Below, in pieces: positions 1-13,330 of a stretch of 64,000 nucleotides of DNA (positions are counted from its first letter, which is position 1; each line of letters starts with the position of its first letter). Where the stretch lies: assembly GCA_951406725.2 (NCBI GenBank), contig OX597833.1, positions 38,502,001-38,566,000 on the forward strand, in the 5' to 3' direction. The position numbers and the translations under genes were made by a program. The notes under the pieces are model-generated. The model searched no databases, had not been told where the DNA came from, and saw only the letters and a list, made by a program, of their open reading frames with translations. This DNA is from Octopus vulgaris (lineage: Eukaryota).

Positions 1-146
1 CCCCACAAAATAATGTTTTATTTATGAAATACAACAGTTTTGAGTTTGCTGCAGAAAGTGGTCTATGTTTGTTGTGTTGAGTGTTTGGGGTGGGGAGGGT
101 GCTAGGAATGTGGCCTGGGTAGCTTGAAAAACTTTGGGAAGCACTG
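1..146. mobile_element. Possible hAT (Charlie-like) MITE terminus
   Basis: Ends aaaaactttgggaagcactg followed by ctgtaggg, resembling hAT-Charlie ends and target preference. Confidence 0.35.
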
Positions 147-219
147 CTGTAGGGTGTGACTTCATGAATTGGCTGCTATTTCTAGCAGATCTGGTGACCA
201 TGTAAAATCTTCTTTGTTG

Positions 220-1255
220 GTTTATGTTGTTATTATTGTTACTGTTATTATTCTTCTCACTGTCATTGTTGTTAATATGTTGCTGTCATTGACTTCGTCT
301 ATTATTACATTTTGTTGTTTTTGTGTTTGTTAATGGTTGCTTTTTTTTTGTTTCTGTTTTTTTTTTAGCTATTGTGTACTGTTTTTGCAGCCATTAATGT
401 TTACCATTTTGTGACCATTCACTGTCTCAAAGGCTTTTACTGTTTGCTGTTGTTTGGGCTATTAATGTTTTTTAGATTTTCATGGTAACTGTTGTTTTCT
501 GTTTTTGTGGCTATGAATGTTTTCTGTTTTTGTGACTATTTACTGTTTTAGAGGCTATTAATGTTTTCTGTTTTTTAAGCTATTAATGCTTGCTGTTTCT
601 CTTGTGAATATTTGTTGTGTTTATGGTTATTGTTTGCTGTTAGGGGGCTGCTATTGCCTGTTGCTTTGTGTCTATTTGTGTTTTGCACTTATATCAATGT
701 GTCACTATAATCTCGTGCTTGCTGTGACTTGGGTGCTGTTTTTGTAACCACAATTTTTGTGAAAATGTATACTGTTTTTGTGTCACAAATCTTTGTTGTT
801 TGTGTGTCTCTTTGCTGTTTCTGTTTTTTTCTGACTCCTGCTCATTGATTTCCTTTACTATTATTTACTGTTTCGCTAATTATTGTTTACGGGTTTTGTG
901 AACATTTTCTATACGTCTTACTATTAATGTTTACTAATGTCTGCTTATCAGTGCTATTGTTTCTGTTTGCTGCTATTGCAGCTATTAATGGCTCTCGGTG
1001 ATGATGCACTTTCTATCACCATTTTATGCTGCTTTTTCCTATTGTTATTTACTACATATATCATTGTTATTGGTGTTGCTGTTATTGTCACAGCTACTGT
1101 TATAGGTGTTTGTTGTTGTGGTGCAAATATTTTCTGTTATTCTTGTTACTGCAACGACTACTGCACTTAATGGTTGCTGTTGTTCTAAATGTTTGTTGCT
1201 GCTGGTATTATTGTTGATGATGCTGTTTACTGTTTCACTGGTGCTGCTGTTACTG
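220..1255. repeat. Degenerate TG/TTG-rich low-complexity tract
   Basis: Recurrent tgttgtt / ctattaatg / tttactgttt motifs, strong T+G skew. Confidence 0.7.
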
Positions 1256-1261
1256 CAACAG

Positions 1262-1364
1262 ACACTGGCTGCATAATTCAGCCCAGACAAAGCAATCGAC
1301 CCGTCACTTCTTCCCCAGAAGACAAATTTGGTTACCTGAAGCTGCGATACTGCACATGACGTAA
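1262..1364 (+). other. Exon-like island of unknown gene (candidate terminal coding exon)
   Basis: Complex, CpG-containing sequence after ctgcaacag, between low-complexity flanks. Frames give TGCIIQPRQSNRPVTSSPEDKFGYLKLRYCT* or HWLHNSAQ...AAILHMT*; not recognised. Confidence 0.35.
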
Positions 1365-1395
1365 CATCATTGCAGACTGTTGCTGCAGTGTTCAT

Positions 1396-1426
<31 letters not shown>

Positions 1427-1969
1427 TATACACACACACATTTAAATAAATCAAAAACATTCACACACTCAAATACAGACATACATTATAAACACCCATT
1501 TAAATACATATATCACAATCATTAAATGTGCACACACAAATAGGCACCTGTGCATGTGCACACACATGCACACCAATACATAGTCATATACTGCACATAC
1601 TTAGATGAATACGGACATGTACTGCACTTAATCATATACATATTTGCACAAATACAAACATACACACACATACTCAGAAACAAATATAATCACCCTCTCT
1701 TTCTTTCTCTCACTCATTTACTTTTTCTCTCTCTCCCTCTCCTGTGCTCCATTTGCTCCTCCCCACTCTCCATACATTAAATAGATTTTATTAAAATTTT
1801 AATACTTATTCCATTCTCTTAACACTGTTATCATACATTGATTCAAACTTATTTCTCTCTATTTCTTTTGTCTGTCTGTCTGTCTCTCTGATTCTCTACC
1901 CCCTTCTCTCTCTCTCTCTCACCCTTTGTCTTTCACTAGATTTTCTTCGTAATCATGATATTATGATTT

Positions 1970-2200
<231 letters not shown>

Positions 2201-2517
2201 TGTGTGTGTTTCCTGTGCACTCTTACATAAAAACATTCTAAAATTGACTGCAAAAAAAAAACACACACACACAATAGATTTAAGTAGAGTACATAATTAT
2301 ATTTTTACAAGGAAAAGGTTGAAGCAACTTCATAATTCCACTGTTGATTGGCATCCTCAGACCATCTCTGTATCTATCCATTCAACCATTTATCTATTTC
2401 TTTACTCCCTCCTCTCTCTGTCTCCACACACACACACACATATCTGCTCAGCTGTTTGTTTTAACTCTTTCTCTCAATCTGCCGGTTTACTGGTCATTAT
2501 GAGTTTAGTATCAAACC

Positions 2518-2554
<37 letters not shown>

Positions 2555-4084
2555 AACTCATCTGTTTTGCCTTTAACTCTTTCTCTTTATCTGCCATATG
2601 TTTGCCAGTCATTATGAATCTAGCTGTCAAACTGTATATATGTATGTATGTATGTGTATATGTATGTATGTATATACACACATACACACACAGAAACACC
2701 TGTATATTAGTGTTGCCAGATGGCCCAGCTGTCTTCTCTCTTTTTTTATATTACAGTGTTAAACTAACAATCTCTCTCTCTCTCTTGTGTGTGTATGTGT
2801 GTATCTCACCTCTCTTCATCCCTGTGTCTATCTGTCTGATGTCCTCCTATATTAACCAGCCAGCTATTTTCAAATAAATTACTCTACAAGGTTAACTCTT
2901 TTCACCTTGTTGCAGCTGGGATTGTGGTCTGGGGTGCCTGACTGTTGGTCAGGGAAGCAGGGGGAGGGACAGAAAGATGGAACATTCTCTTCTGCATACA
3001 CACACACACACACACACACACCAGACATACACACAACACACTTATCACACACCTCCAATCATATACAGAAAATTAAGAATTTTAATAGATAAGCAATACC
3101 TATATGCACGTACTGAAGGTATACATAGAGCCACATATATATAAATAGACTTACTATGCACACTGAGTTAAGCTATATTCTTTATTTCTCTGTCTGTCTG
3201 TCTGTCTGTCTCTCTCACTCCCTCTCCATGAACCTTTTACCATTGGTTTATACTAAAGAAATTCTTTTGGTGTTTTCATATACAAAAGTTGTGCAGCACA
3301 CACCCAGACTCTATTGCACATGCATACTTAACACACACACACACACACACACAGACTTGTTGTCAACAAATGTGAGAGACAAATACACATGCATTTAAAC
3401 CATTTAGACTAGTATATTTACACATTTAAATGCTTGCATGTATGTAGATATCTCCACACAACATGCACAAATACAATGCAAGTCTTTTAAATATTCCACT
3501 TGGATGCACAGGTTCGGATCACTGGGAAAGTAGATGCACATGTTTGATGCACATTGTGCATATGTAATGTGCATTGTTTTCCATCCTGCATATATTATCT
3601 GTCTGTCTGTCTCTCCCTCTCTCTCTCTCTCTTTATATATATATATACATATATATTTACTATTGCTAGTGCTGCATTGATAATGTGCAGCTGGTGTTTG
3701 GTGACAGAGATATTTTCTCTTGTGCATCCCATACGATTGGTGCAGCCTTCTGCATTCCTTCCTTCCTTCCTTCCTGCATTGCACCCTGAAATTGTCCCTG
3801 CAGTAATGCAATATCATGCAAATCAGGGTGTGTTCCATTGGTTCAGACAGTTGACATCTCACGCTTGTATTGTCTTCCTGGTCGTATTCTGGGGAGGGAG
3901 AGAGAGAAGGAAAACAACATCCACCCATTCACCTTTCCCACCAAAAATAACAACTAATTTTGCCATCCTATCACCCAATCATTCCATTAAACATTGTACT
4001 TAAGTTAAAGGAAGGCTTGCAAGGAATAAATGTTATACCCAGGAACATTAGAGAAGAAGAATTACTACTGCTTCAACAGCTATT

Positions 4085-4855
4085 TCTAATATAGACACAA
4101 GCCCGGCAATTTTGAGGGCAGGGGTTGATTTCATTGACCCTACTTACTAGACTTGTCTTGTGTGTTAATGTTTTTGCCAACTTATAATAATAATAATAAT
4201 AATCCTTCCTACTGGAGGCACAAGGCCTGGGGAGGAGACTAGTCGGTTACATGAATCTCAGTGTTCAACTGGTATTTAATTTATCAATCCCGAAAGGATG
4301 AAAGGCAAAGTCAACCTTGAAGGAATTTGAACTCAGAACATAGCAATGAGTGAAACACCGCTAAGCATTCCGCCCAGCTTGCTAACAATTCTGCCAGCTC
4401 GCCACCTTCATAATAATAATAATAATAATAATAATGATGATGATGATGATTTCAAATTTTGAGACAGCAAGTTTGGGGGAGTGGATAAGTCGATTACATT
4501 GACCCCAGTGCTCAACTGGCACTTGTTTTATCAACCCCAAAAGGAGGGAAGGCAAGGTTGACCATGGCAAAATTTGAACCCAGGATGTAAAGCTGCTAAA
4601 CAGTTTGTCTGGTGTGCTAACAATTCTACCAGCTCGCCTCATTAATAATAATATTAATAATAATAATTATAATTATAATTTCAAATTTTGCCACAAGGGC
4701 AGCCATTTGAGGTGGGGAATGTGTCGATTACATTGATTCCCAGTACGCAACTGGTACTTAATTTATCGATCCTGAAAGGATGAAAGGCAAAGTTGACCTT
4801 GGCGGAATTTGAATTCAGATAATAATGATAATAATAATGATAATGGTAATAATAC
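4085..4855 (-). mobile_element. Cluster of 3-4 tRNA-derived Nin/Deu-domain SINE copies
   Basis: Repeated reverse complement of gttctgagttcaaattcc..gtcgactttgcctttcatcctttcggg..gataaattaagtacca, separated by (TAA)n/(TGA)n. Confidence 0.8.
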
Positions 4856-7800
4856 AGTGGGATTCACATTTTTATAAATTTTCTTATTTCTGTTTTTGAT
4901 GTATAAATTTATAAAGCTTCATAATGTTGTTCCATTATGTTAAAGATTTTGATTAATGTCTTTGGTTTCATTTTTCATAGTTAAGGTTGTTGTTTAAGCT
5001 GGTCATATCTGGCCCATAAATTCTTCCTGTTTTATCTTTAAACTGGCCAGATGTGGCTTCTTACACCTCCCTACAATATCATTTTAAAAAAAAGAAATAT
5101 ACATTTAACCCTGGCAAGGTTTTTCACTCAGAATGCAAGGAACTTGGTTAAGTATGGTTGATCTGATATTCTTCCAGTTTGTCTGGTATTCTTCCATTTC
5201 ATCTGGGATCCTACCATTTAATATGGTATCCTACCATTTTGTCTGGTATTCTTTTATTTGCTCTGGCATTCTTCCATCTAGTAATCATGAAAATAATGGC
5301 AAGTTCTTATATCATCATAAAGCCACAAATTATGAAAGGTGAATATGGTTGATGTTTATCACCCCACCTACTCCGTGACTATAATGTATTTATCAACCCT
5401 AGGAGTAAGTACAAAGCTTATTAAAATCTTTAGTTCAGTTGCTACTACCAGTTGGGTCTCAAAGAATGGCAAAGCAATTCCAGGATAGCTTTATGGTATG
5501 GTGGGGAAGGGTGATCAGGATCTGAATGTCTGTGCTACAAATGTGACTCCAGCCAAAGAACGAAGTCAGTGTCAACGTCTTTAGGCTGTGACCCTTTTGT
5601 ACTGTACCACCATCATGTAGTCAGCCATGTAGCGGATGAGCCCCACCTGCCTTCTTGTCACATTGTCAGTGTCAAATACAATGCACACTCTCTCCTTTGC
5701 TCTACCTTTCTCAAGTGAGTGTTCACCCAACCTACACATCAATCAGGGCTCTCCCTAATTCCTCTTTCTTTAGCATATGAAGGCCCATCCATTTTTTGGA
5801 AAAAAAAGAAAAGAAAAAAAGAAAAGCAGGAGTTATGTCACTTTTCTTTTTTACCTTTTCTTTATTAAATTCCTCATGCAAGGTGACACTTTCTTTTGCA
5901 GTGTACTCTTCCCAGCTGTTTTATTTCCTGGAGTTGTTTCATGTCAGTATTGTTGTTTGACTTGCTAAAGATAAGCTTGTATTGTTGTTGTTGTTGTTAG
6001 TGGTGGTCGTCGTTGTAATACTTTGGGCATTGTCATTTAAATTTGCATTTTTGCAACTTTTTTTTTTATTCTTATCAAATTATTCAAACTGCCTGCGTTT
6101 TATAACTGTATCTGATTATCATTTTTTTTTGTGTTTTACTTTTTTCTTTTCTTTTCAAATCCTTTTTTCTACCCACATAAAAAGAAAATTGTGGAGGTGA
6201 GGATTTCACGTCTAGCCCCTCCTTCTGATACCACAGGGATTGTTACTATTAATCACAAATAAAGCAAAATAGGTGTTTGCAGAAATATAACTACACAATA
6301 AAAATGTATAATACTGGGCTCTTTTTTTCTCTCTCTCTGCCCCAGCTAATTGGGTGGGCATTTTGAGTTTCCATAGTCCTTAGTGAGTGAAAAGAGTTTT
6401 AAAAGATAAAAAATTTATATTGTGTAACCCTAGAAGAAGCCACCTTCAAAGAGAATCTTTGTAAAAATGTGCATGTACAGCATACAGCAATAATGATAAT
6501 ACTTTCACTTATTTCTCATAAAAAAAAACAACCCTACAAATAAAGCTTATGGGTTTATGGGAAATGTACAAACATAGTTATTTAAAGGCAAGGGATGGTG
6601 CAAAAACATTATACAATACATAAGGACATAAAAAATTTATGAATGAAAGTAAATAAAATACACACACATGCACATACAACAAATAAGGGCAACCCAACTT
6701 GACACAGATGAAAAGCCACCCCAGATGGTAATAATACTATACAAAATACTAGGTTTATTTGCTGCCCACTGATTTTGCGAAAGTGCAAATATTCCGTTGT
6801 TGTGTGATTATCTATTGCCCCATTTAGAATTGATGCATATATGCAACATTGTTGATACCTCTCTTTCAACTTCATGCTGCTGTTATGACACCAGGTTAGC
6901 CTTTATCAAAATGCATGACATCTAAGTAGTCTGTTTCATTGACTGCATGCAATCTCCAGATTCATTGATGCATATACAACATGCTTTAACTAGTTGCACC
7001 ATGCTCTACTTTTTCAGATGCTTGACTTATATAGAATGTAGTGTGGAAGATTTAGACATGTTGCATTTTCCTTATTGTTACAGACTGCAGCTGTGGTACC
7101 TAAGGTGTGCCTGGTGGAAGCCCAACAGCTATTGTTATACTGCACCGATAATGTACATTTCTGCACAGTGTTCATATGACCAATGAGGTTGTTATTGCTG
7201 CTGTATTTGTTTGTCTGGACTGAGTGGAAAGCAAAGTGTATTTGTATGCAATGTAAATAGAGCTCTGAGCTGCTTTCAATGTATCTGGTGGTCAAATATA
7301 CAGTAGTACAGTGTGAAGATTCAAATGTGGTAGCAAAACATGTCCTTTAACTTTTGAGTATGTTATTTTCATTGTGTAGGTATGCTGTCTTCATCATTTA
7401 ATGTCCATTTTCCATGATGGCATAGGTTGAATTGTTTGATAGGTTCTGGTGAAGTTGAAGGGCTGTGCAGAGTTCCAGTGTATTCTTTGGTGTAGTTTCT
7501 TAGGCTGGATGCCCATCCTAATGCCAGCCACTTTACAGAGTGTACTGGGTCCTTTTTACATGTCTCGAGTACTAGTGAAGTTGCTGAGTAACTTAGAAGA
7601 CGGAAAAAGAAAACGTTCCCATTGCAAAGTGATGGTTGGGCAGATGGGGGAGGGGCAGGTACATGAAAGGGGAAGATGGAGTGTAGTGGCTTTATGCCAG
7701 GTGTTGAAAGTATGGGAGCTGGACAAGCACGAGTGTTCTTGCTATTGAGGATATCCCACATTATGTATAGGAGTAGATGAGAGTATAATTCTATTAGAAA

Positions 7801-8029
7801 TAGTACATAGTAATCTGAATGCTGAAAGGTTAAACAGATCTATAGTCAAGGGTATTCCATCTATGACCATCCCATCATTTTTTCCGGAAATAGTGTAGCC
7901 AGGACTACATTATCCACTATGTCCTTTTTTAAGAAAGTAGAGTGTAATTTGAGAACAATTTCCAGCAGATTGAACAACTTTTTTTCCTGGAGTGGATGCA
8001 AATGGTTAAAATATATGGCTGGAGGTTCT

Positions 8030-8221
8030 GTTTTGCTTTACAGAAGAATTAGTAATGTTTGTATTGTTGATGTTGTTGTTGTTACAGAAAAAGATATTAA
8101 GCAACACTAACAATAAATCAAAAAACATGAAAATAAACAAGCTTTTGACAGTTTTATAGATATTTCAAAATTATGATGCTACGATGCTCGGTGTTTCCAT
8201 TATTTTGTCAACCCCTGTATA
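8030..8221. mobile_element. Tc1-like element remnant with terminal inverted repeat
   Basis: ggtgtttccattattttgtcaacccctgTA; the same TIR ends the Tc1 transposase fragment at about 37872-37899. Confidence 0.55.
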
Positions 8222-8317
8222 TACATACATATATTTATATATAAAACAGTTATTACTATTTACTCCAATAAAGGAAAATATGTTATGACCATTATTTATA
8301 CCTTGTCTTGTGTGTGC

Positions 8318-8348
<31 letters not shown>

Positions 8349-8950
8349 TGTATGTATGTGTACACACACACACAAACAGATAGTAGGTACTTATGCTGAG
8401 TGGTCAGGATGACTTCATGCCTCAACTCCAATTCAAATGCTGCTTAAAATGCAGGGATGTTATAGTTGCCTAAATGATGGGAACTGGCTGTCAGCAATGT
8501 ATCATTCTAGCTGGGACATGTATAATAATATAAAAGGATAGACAGGGATCAACAGGTACTGCTTCAGAATATGACACTTATTTATACAACAGAAAGGGAG
8601 AAACAAATGCTTTAAGGAATTTAAATCACAACCGATCAGTACAAGTTCCATTCAAGAATTTTCTTAATGGTTGCAATATATGCTGGTATGCTCTTGGAAT
8701 AGTTATAAGGTAAGTCCCACCACTAAAATGCTAGTTGCAGACAGCTTGCAGGGAACTGCACCAACTATGCATCTATTCTTGAAACAACTGTAAGGAACAA
8801 TCTGCATACCTTCTTTCTTCTCTTTCAGTTTTAAGATTTTACCTGTGTTGACCTACTTTTATCTACTGTGTATTATCAATACTATAGAATTATGTAATAT
8901 ATCTCTGCACAATACTTAAATGATTACATGTATGTTTAAAAATAATGTAA

Positions 8951-9148
<198 letters not shown>

Positions 9149-9234
9149 GAAAACTGATAATTGCATGAACACACTGACAGACACATACATGTAACATTCA
9201 TCTATAAATTCACCCTATATATATCCCCATACAT

Positions 9235-9269
<35 letters not shown>

Positions 9270-9498
9270 TGTGTATAAAGCTACAAAAATGACTTGACAT
9301 GCCCAAAATTTCATGTCAAGGCACTTATTGATCACAAACCATTATCTCTTTGAATTACACGTATACACATTCTCAGGAATCACACGCACACACACAAACA
9401 CACACACTAGAAGTGCACACTTTTAAATACACATACATGCCTCTCTACATAACCATATAATTTATGAGCTCATAACATTAACACAGAAAATGTCTTAA

Positions 9499-9504
9499 AA
9501 TAAA
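9499..9504 (+). terminator. Possible POLR2H polyadenylation signal
   Basis: First AATAAA about 350 nt after the stop; downstream element is weak. Confidence 0.3.
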
Positions 9505-9789
9505 TACACACAACAAACACTACATGCTTTAAACATATATACCATAAACATGGTATTTATATTTTCAACATAACATATACATAGCATACACATAGCATAT
9601 AGATACCTTAAACACAGCCTCTATACATACCACAAACACATACAGATGCCTTAAACACACCATATACACATCATAAATATCAAAAATTTCTATTTTTCCA
9701 ATCTTTGTAAGATTTGTTTTTTAAATAAAGATCACTGCCACTTTTGAAATTCCTTTGTAATTTGACTTCTGTTTTGTTTATTCTTCTGA

Positions 9790-10095
9790 ATTCAGTCCCA
9801 CTGCATGGCACCTTGGGCAAGTGTCTTCTACTATAAGTCCAGGCCAACCAAAGCCTTGTGAGGAGAAGCTGAAAGACGCTTGTTTTCATTTTTACATATG
9901 TGTGTCTTTGTGTTTTTGTTTGTCCCCAACTCTACTTGACAACTGGTGTTGGTTGTTGACATCCTTACAACTTAGTGATAGAATAGGTACCAGTACCAGG
10001 CTTAAAAGGAAAATAAGTACAGGAGTTGACTTGTTCAACAAAAACCTTTCAGGGTAGTACCCTAAGCACGGCTGCTGTTCCATAACAAACAAGTA
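9790..10095 (+). mobile_element. SINE family A (5'-truncated)
   Basis: ttcagtcccactgcatggcaccttgggcaagtgtcttctactata..., shared with more than 12 copies in the window. Confidence 0.75.
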
Positions 10096-10859
10096 AAAAA
10101 TAAAATATATATATACTTGAAGAATATGTTTAAGTGTCTGAAAGAACATGCACGCGAGGGGTCAGTTCATTTGATTAAAATAACTTTAAAGGCAGTGCCT
10201 CAAGATGGCCACAGTCCAATGATTGAAACAAGTAAAGGAGATATAATATGTATGTAGCCTAGGGCCAGCTAAAGCCTTGTGGGTGTGTTGGATTGAAAGA
10301 AGTTGAAAAAAGTTCATTGCATTTATTTGTGTCTACTTACCTTGACTTCATATGATAATTGTAATAGAATGTGTATGTATGTATGTATATATATATATAT
10401 TTAGATTTGTGTGTATGTGTGTCTGTATTTGTATCATCACCATTTAACATCTGTCTTCTTTCTGAATGTGTTAAATGGTTTGACAAGCTCCACTGAGCCT
10501 GAGGGTTGCAACAAGCTTCAATATTTTTCAGAATGGCATCAATGGCTGGGTGCCCTTCCTAACTCTAACCACTTTCCTGGGTGTACCAAGTACTTATTTC
10601 TTGACACTGGCACAGGTGAGGTTGAAGTAACTCTCAAGTCAGAGTAATCCCAACGACTGAGTAAGGTTTTAATCATGAGGGATGTGGCTTTATGCCAGGT
10701 GTTGAATGATTAAGGTATTGTAGAGGGACAGGCACAGGTATCTTGCTACACAGGAGATGCATGGCTACCCTGCTTTATATATAAGAGTGAGTGGGAATAG
10801 AGAGAAAGAAGACAATGGTAGTTCTCAGAATGGTAAAACATTAGTTTTTCTGTGAATGA

Positions 10860-11130
10860 CAGCAGTTATACATTTCCCAGATGCCATCGCTAAGCAGAAT
10901 AATGTCTTTGCCTCTCACCAACCTCCGACAACCTCTCTCACCAACCTCCCACAATCTTTCTCACCAACCTCCAACAATTTCTCCTTCCTCTAGCTGAGTT
11001 TTTTGTACTTTTTCATGACGGAAAATACACATTTTGTGGCAGTTATAACGAAATTACTTTCTTATATCAGAGTAATAGGCATTTCAATAGATCATCTTTA
11101 CTCCGGGAATTACCAGGTACACCTGGTAGT
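10860..11130 (+). mobile_element. Possible non-autonomous Helitron-like element with internal ~23-bp tandem repeat
   Basis: 3x ctctcaccaacctcc at 10911-10975; 3' end ccgggaattaccaggtacacctggtagt resembles a hairpin + terminal tag. Confidence 0.3.
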
Positions 11131-11136
11131 GTAGAA

Positions 11137-11403
11137 ATATGTGTGTATGTATATATATATATGTATAAATATATATATATATACATGTATATGTGTATAT
11201 ATATGTATATATACATGTATATATATATATATACACATATATATGTATATATATACACGTGTATTTATATATATATATGTATATATACATATATATATAC
11301 ACATATACATGTATGGTGGTGCCCCAGCATGGCCGCGGCCTTCGGGCTAAAACATTTTAAAGTATTTTAAGGATTTATATATATGTGTGTATATATATAT
11401 GCA

Positions 11404-11436
<33 letters not shown>

Positions 11437-11495
11437 GCATACATGTGTGTATATATATGCATATATGTGTATATATATATATGTGCATATATATA
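11137..11495. repeat. TA/TG microsatellite block
   Basis: Directly visible; contains a short SINE-A 3' fragment at about 11315-11350. Confidence 0.9.
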
Positions 11496-11499
11496 GCCT

Positions 11500-12005
11500 A
11501 AGATAAACCTCTGTTCCTGGCTTTCGTTGACAGGGTTCTCTGATCCCTTATCTGGTGGTCAATGAGGAAACTAGGGATAGATGAATGGTTAGTGAGAGCT
11601 CTGCAAGCCATGTAGACGGATGCTGTCAGTAAGGTGACGGTTGGCAATGAGTAGAGTGAAGAATTCCGGGTAGGGGTCCACCAAGGATCAATCCTCAGCT
11701 CCCTCTTGTTCATCATAGTCCTCCAGTCAATAACAGAGGAATTCAAAACAGGATGCCCCTGGGAGCTCCTCTATGCTGATGACTTTGCTCTAATTCTGAG
11801 TTGCTATCTGAACTAGAGGAAAAGTTTCAGATGTGGAAGCAAGGATTAGAATCAAAGGCCTTAGCGTCAACCTAGCTAAAACCAAAGTCTTAATAAGTAG
11901 GAAGGCAAAGTTCAGAGAGCTCCTACTTCTGCTGGTGACAAAGGGCCTCTCGCTCAGAGTAAAATGTAGAGTGTATGATGCACGTGTACGAACAGCCATG
12001 CTACT
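11500..12005 (+). mobile_element. RTE-clade LINE reverse transcriptase fragment (decayed)
   Basis: IWWSMRKLGIDEWLVRALQAM*...GVHQGSILSSLLFIIVLQ...CPWELLYADD...LSVNLAKTKVL...KFRELL..LRVKCRVYDARVRTAML; stops and deletions. Confidence 0.9.
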
Positions 12006-12017
12006 TGTATATATATG

Positions 12018-12072
<55 letters not shown>

Positions 12073-12549
12073 AAGTGTAAGCATACACCATATGTATATA
12101 AAAAGGAATACCAAAAATTGGACAAGAACGCAAAAAATCCAGACAGCTAGATAATACAAAAAAGGGACAGCAAAACATCCAGAGAGATGATACAAAAGAG
12201 AGACAAGAAAAAACACGCATGGGTCATTCGAAATGTTCTTTCCTCAATTGAGTTCCAGATTATCTTTGCAATTTCAGCCAGTTATGCTTGAGATTGCTCC
12301 AATCTGGCCAGTCCCAAGGAAAAACTAAGGCTAAGAGCATTAGATTCTATGGAAGAAAGCAGCAAATGTATTTGAAAACAAGGATGGAAAAAAAAAACTC
12401 GAAGAAATGGTACACAAATACAAATGCAAATAACAGGACATAACAACAGGTGTCTTATTATTATTATTATATTTATTTTTTATATTATTAAATTTATTAT
12501 TATCATTAAATGAATTAAATTTATTCTTATTTTTTAATCTATTATTATA

Positions 12550-13330
12550 TTTATGTTTTGTGTTGAGACAAAGACAGGTGTATTAGTTTGATGCTCAGGA
12601 AAGTGAGCAAATCTTTTGTTTTGAGCCTAAGCTCTTCAACAGAAAGCAATAGGGGAAAATAAACAGAGACCGAATAAAAATAACTTGTGGATTTATCGAT
12701 CAAGCATGTATATATATATTTATGTATATACAATAAGAGGAGGGAGATCAAGAGAAAAATGATGGTACTAAATATCTAGATTGTGTAGTTCTTTGTTGAA
12801 AGGGAATAGGAAAAGGTGAGGGAAAGAGAGAATGGTACTGATAAAGGCGATGGAGGAGCGTGTGATAAGACTTGACTTGTTTTGATATTTATGTGTGCAT
12901 ATGTTGGGATAGGGAGTGTAAGTCATTGGTTTAACCTAAGACAGGGGAGATGCTTCCTCGATGAAATTAGATGTGAGGTAGGGAAGTCAATTTCATTGGA
13001 TGTTTGAAGTTCTTTGTCTGAGTAGACAAGTGATGTTCTCTTAAAGGGTTGTGTTACTTACCTTTGGTGGCACAATTAGTTCTTCGATGTTACTAGCGTT
13101 TGCACAGATCCAGTGGATTCAGCTATTATTGATTACCATCTATGCTCAGTTATGTAATATCAAGCACTTAGCGTATTTTGTGTATTTTCATTGGAGACAT
13201 GGATGGATGTGTTCCATTGTGTTAAAATCCATTGGTGATATAACCTAGGAAAATAGCGGCTCTTTTGTTCAGTTTGTTTACGAAGTCTTTCTATTGTTCA
13301 ATTAGATGCTATCCTACACTATGTCAGCAC
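12550..13330 (-). mobile_element. Penelope-like element remnant with degenerate hammerhead motif
   Basis: Minus strand ctttCTGTTGAAGAGCTTAGGCTCAAAAC at 12613-12646; flanks similar to the 38300-38490 element. Confidence 0.45.

Noticed and set aside
3404-4003. Overlapping 174-aa and 149-aa ORFs
   Set aside because: Cross simple repeats and have no protein-like motifs
5522-5716. Cys-rich frame ECLCYKCDSS...GCDPF reminiscent of a Ly6/three-finger start, ending near a gtgagt donor
   Set aside because: In-frame stop just upstream, no polypyrimidine acceptor, and later cysteine spacing does not fit
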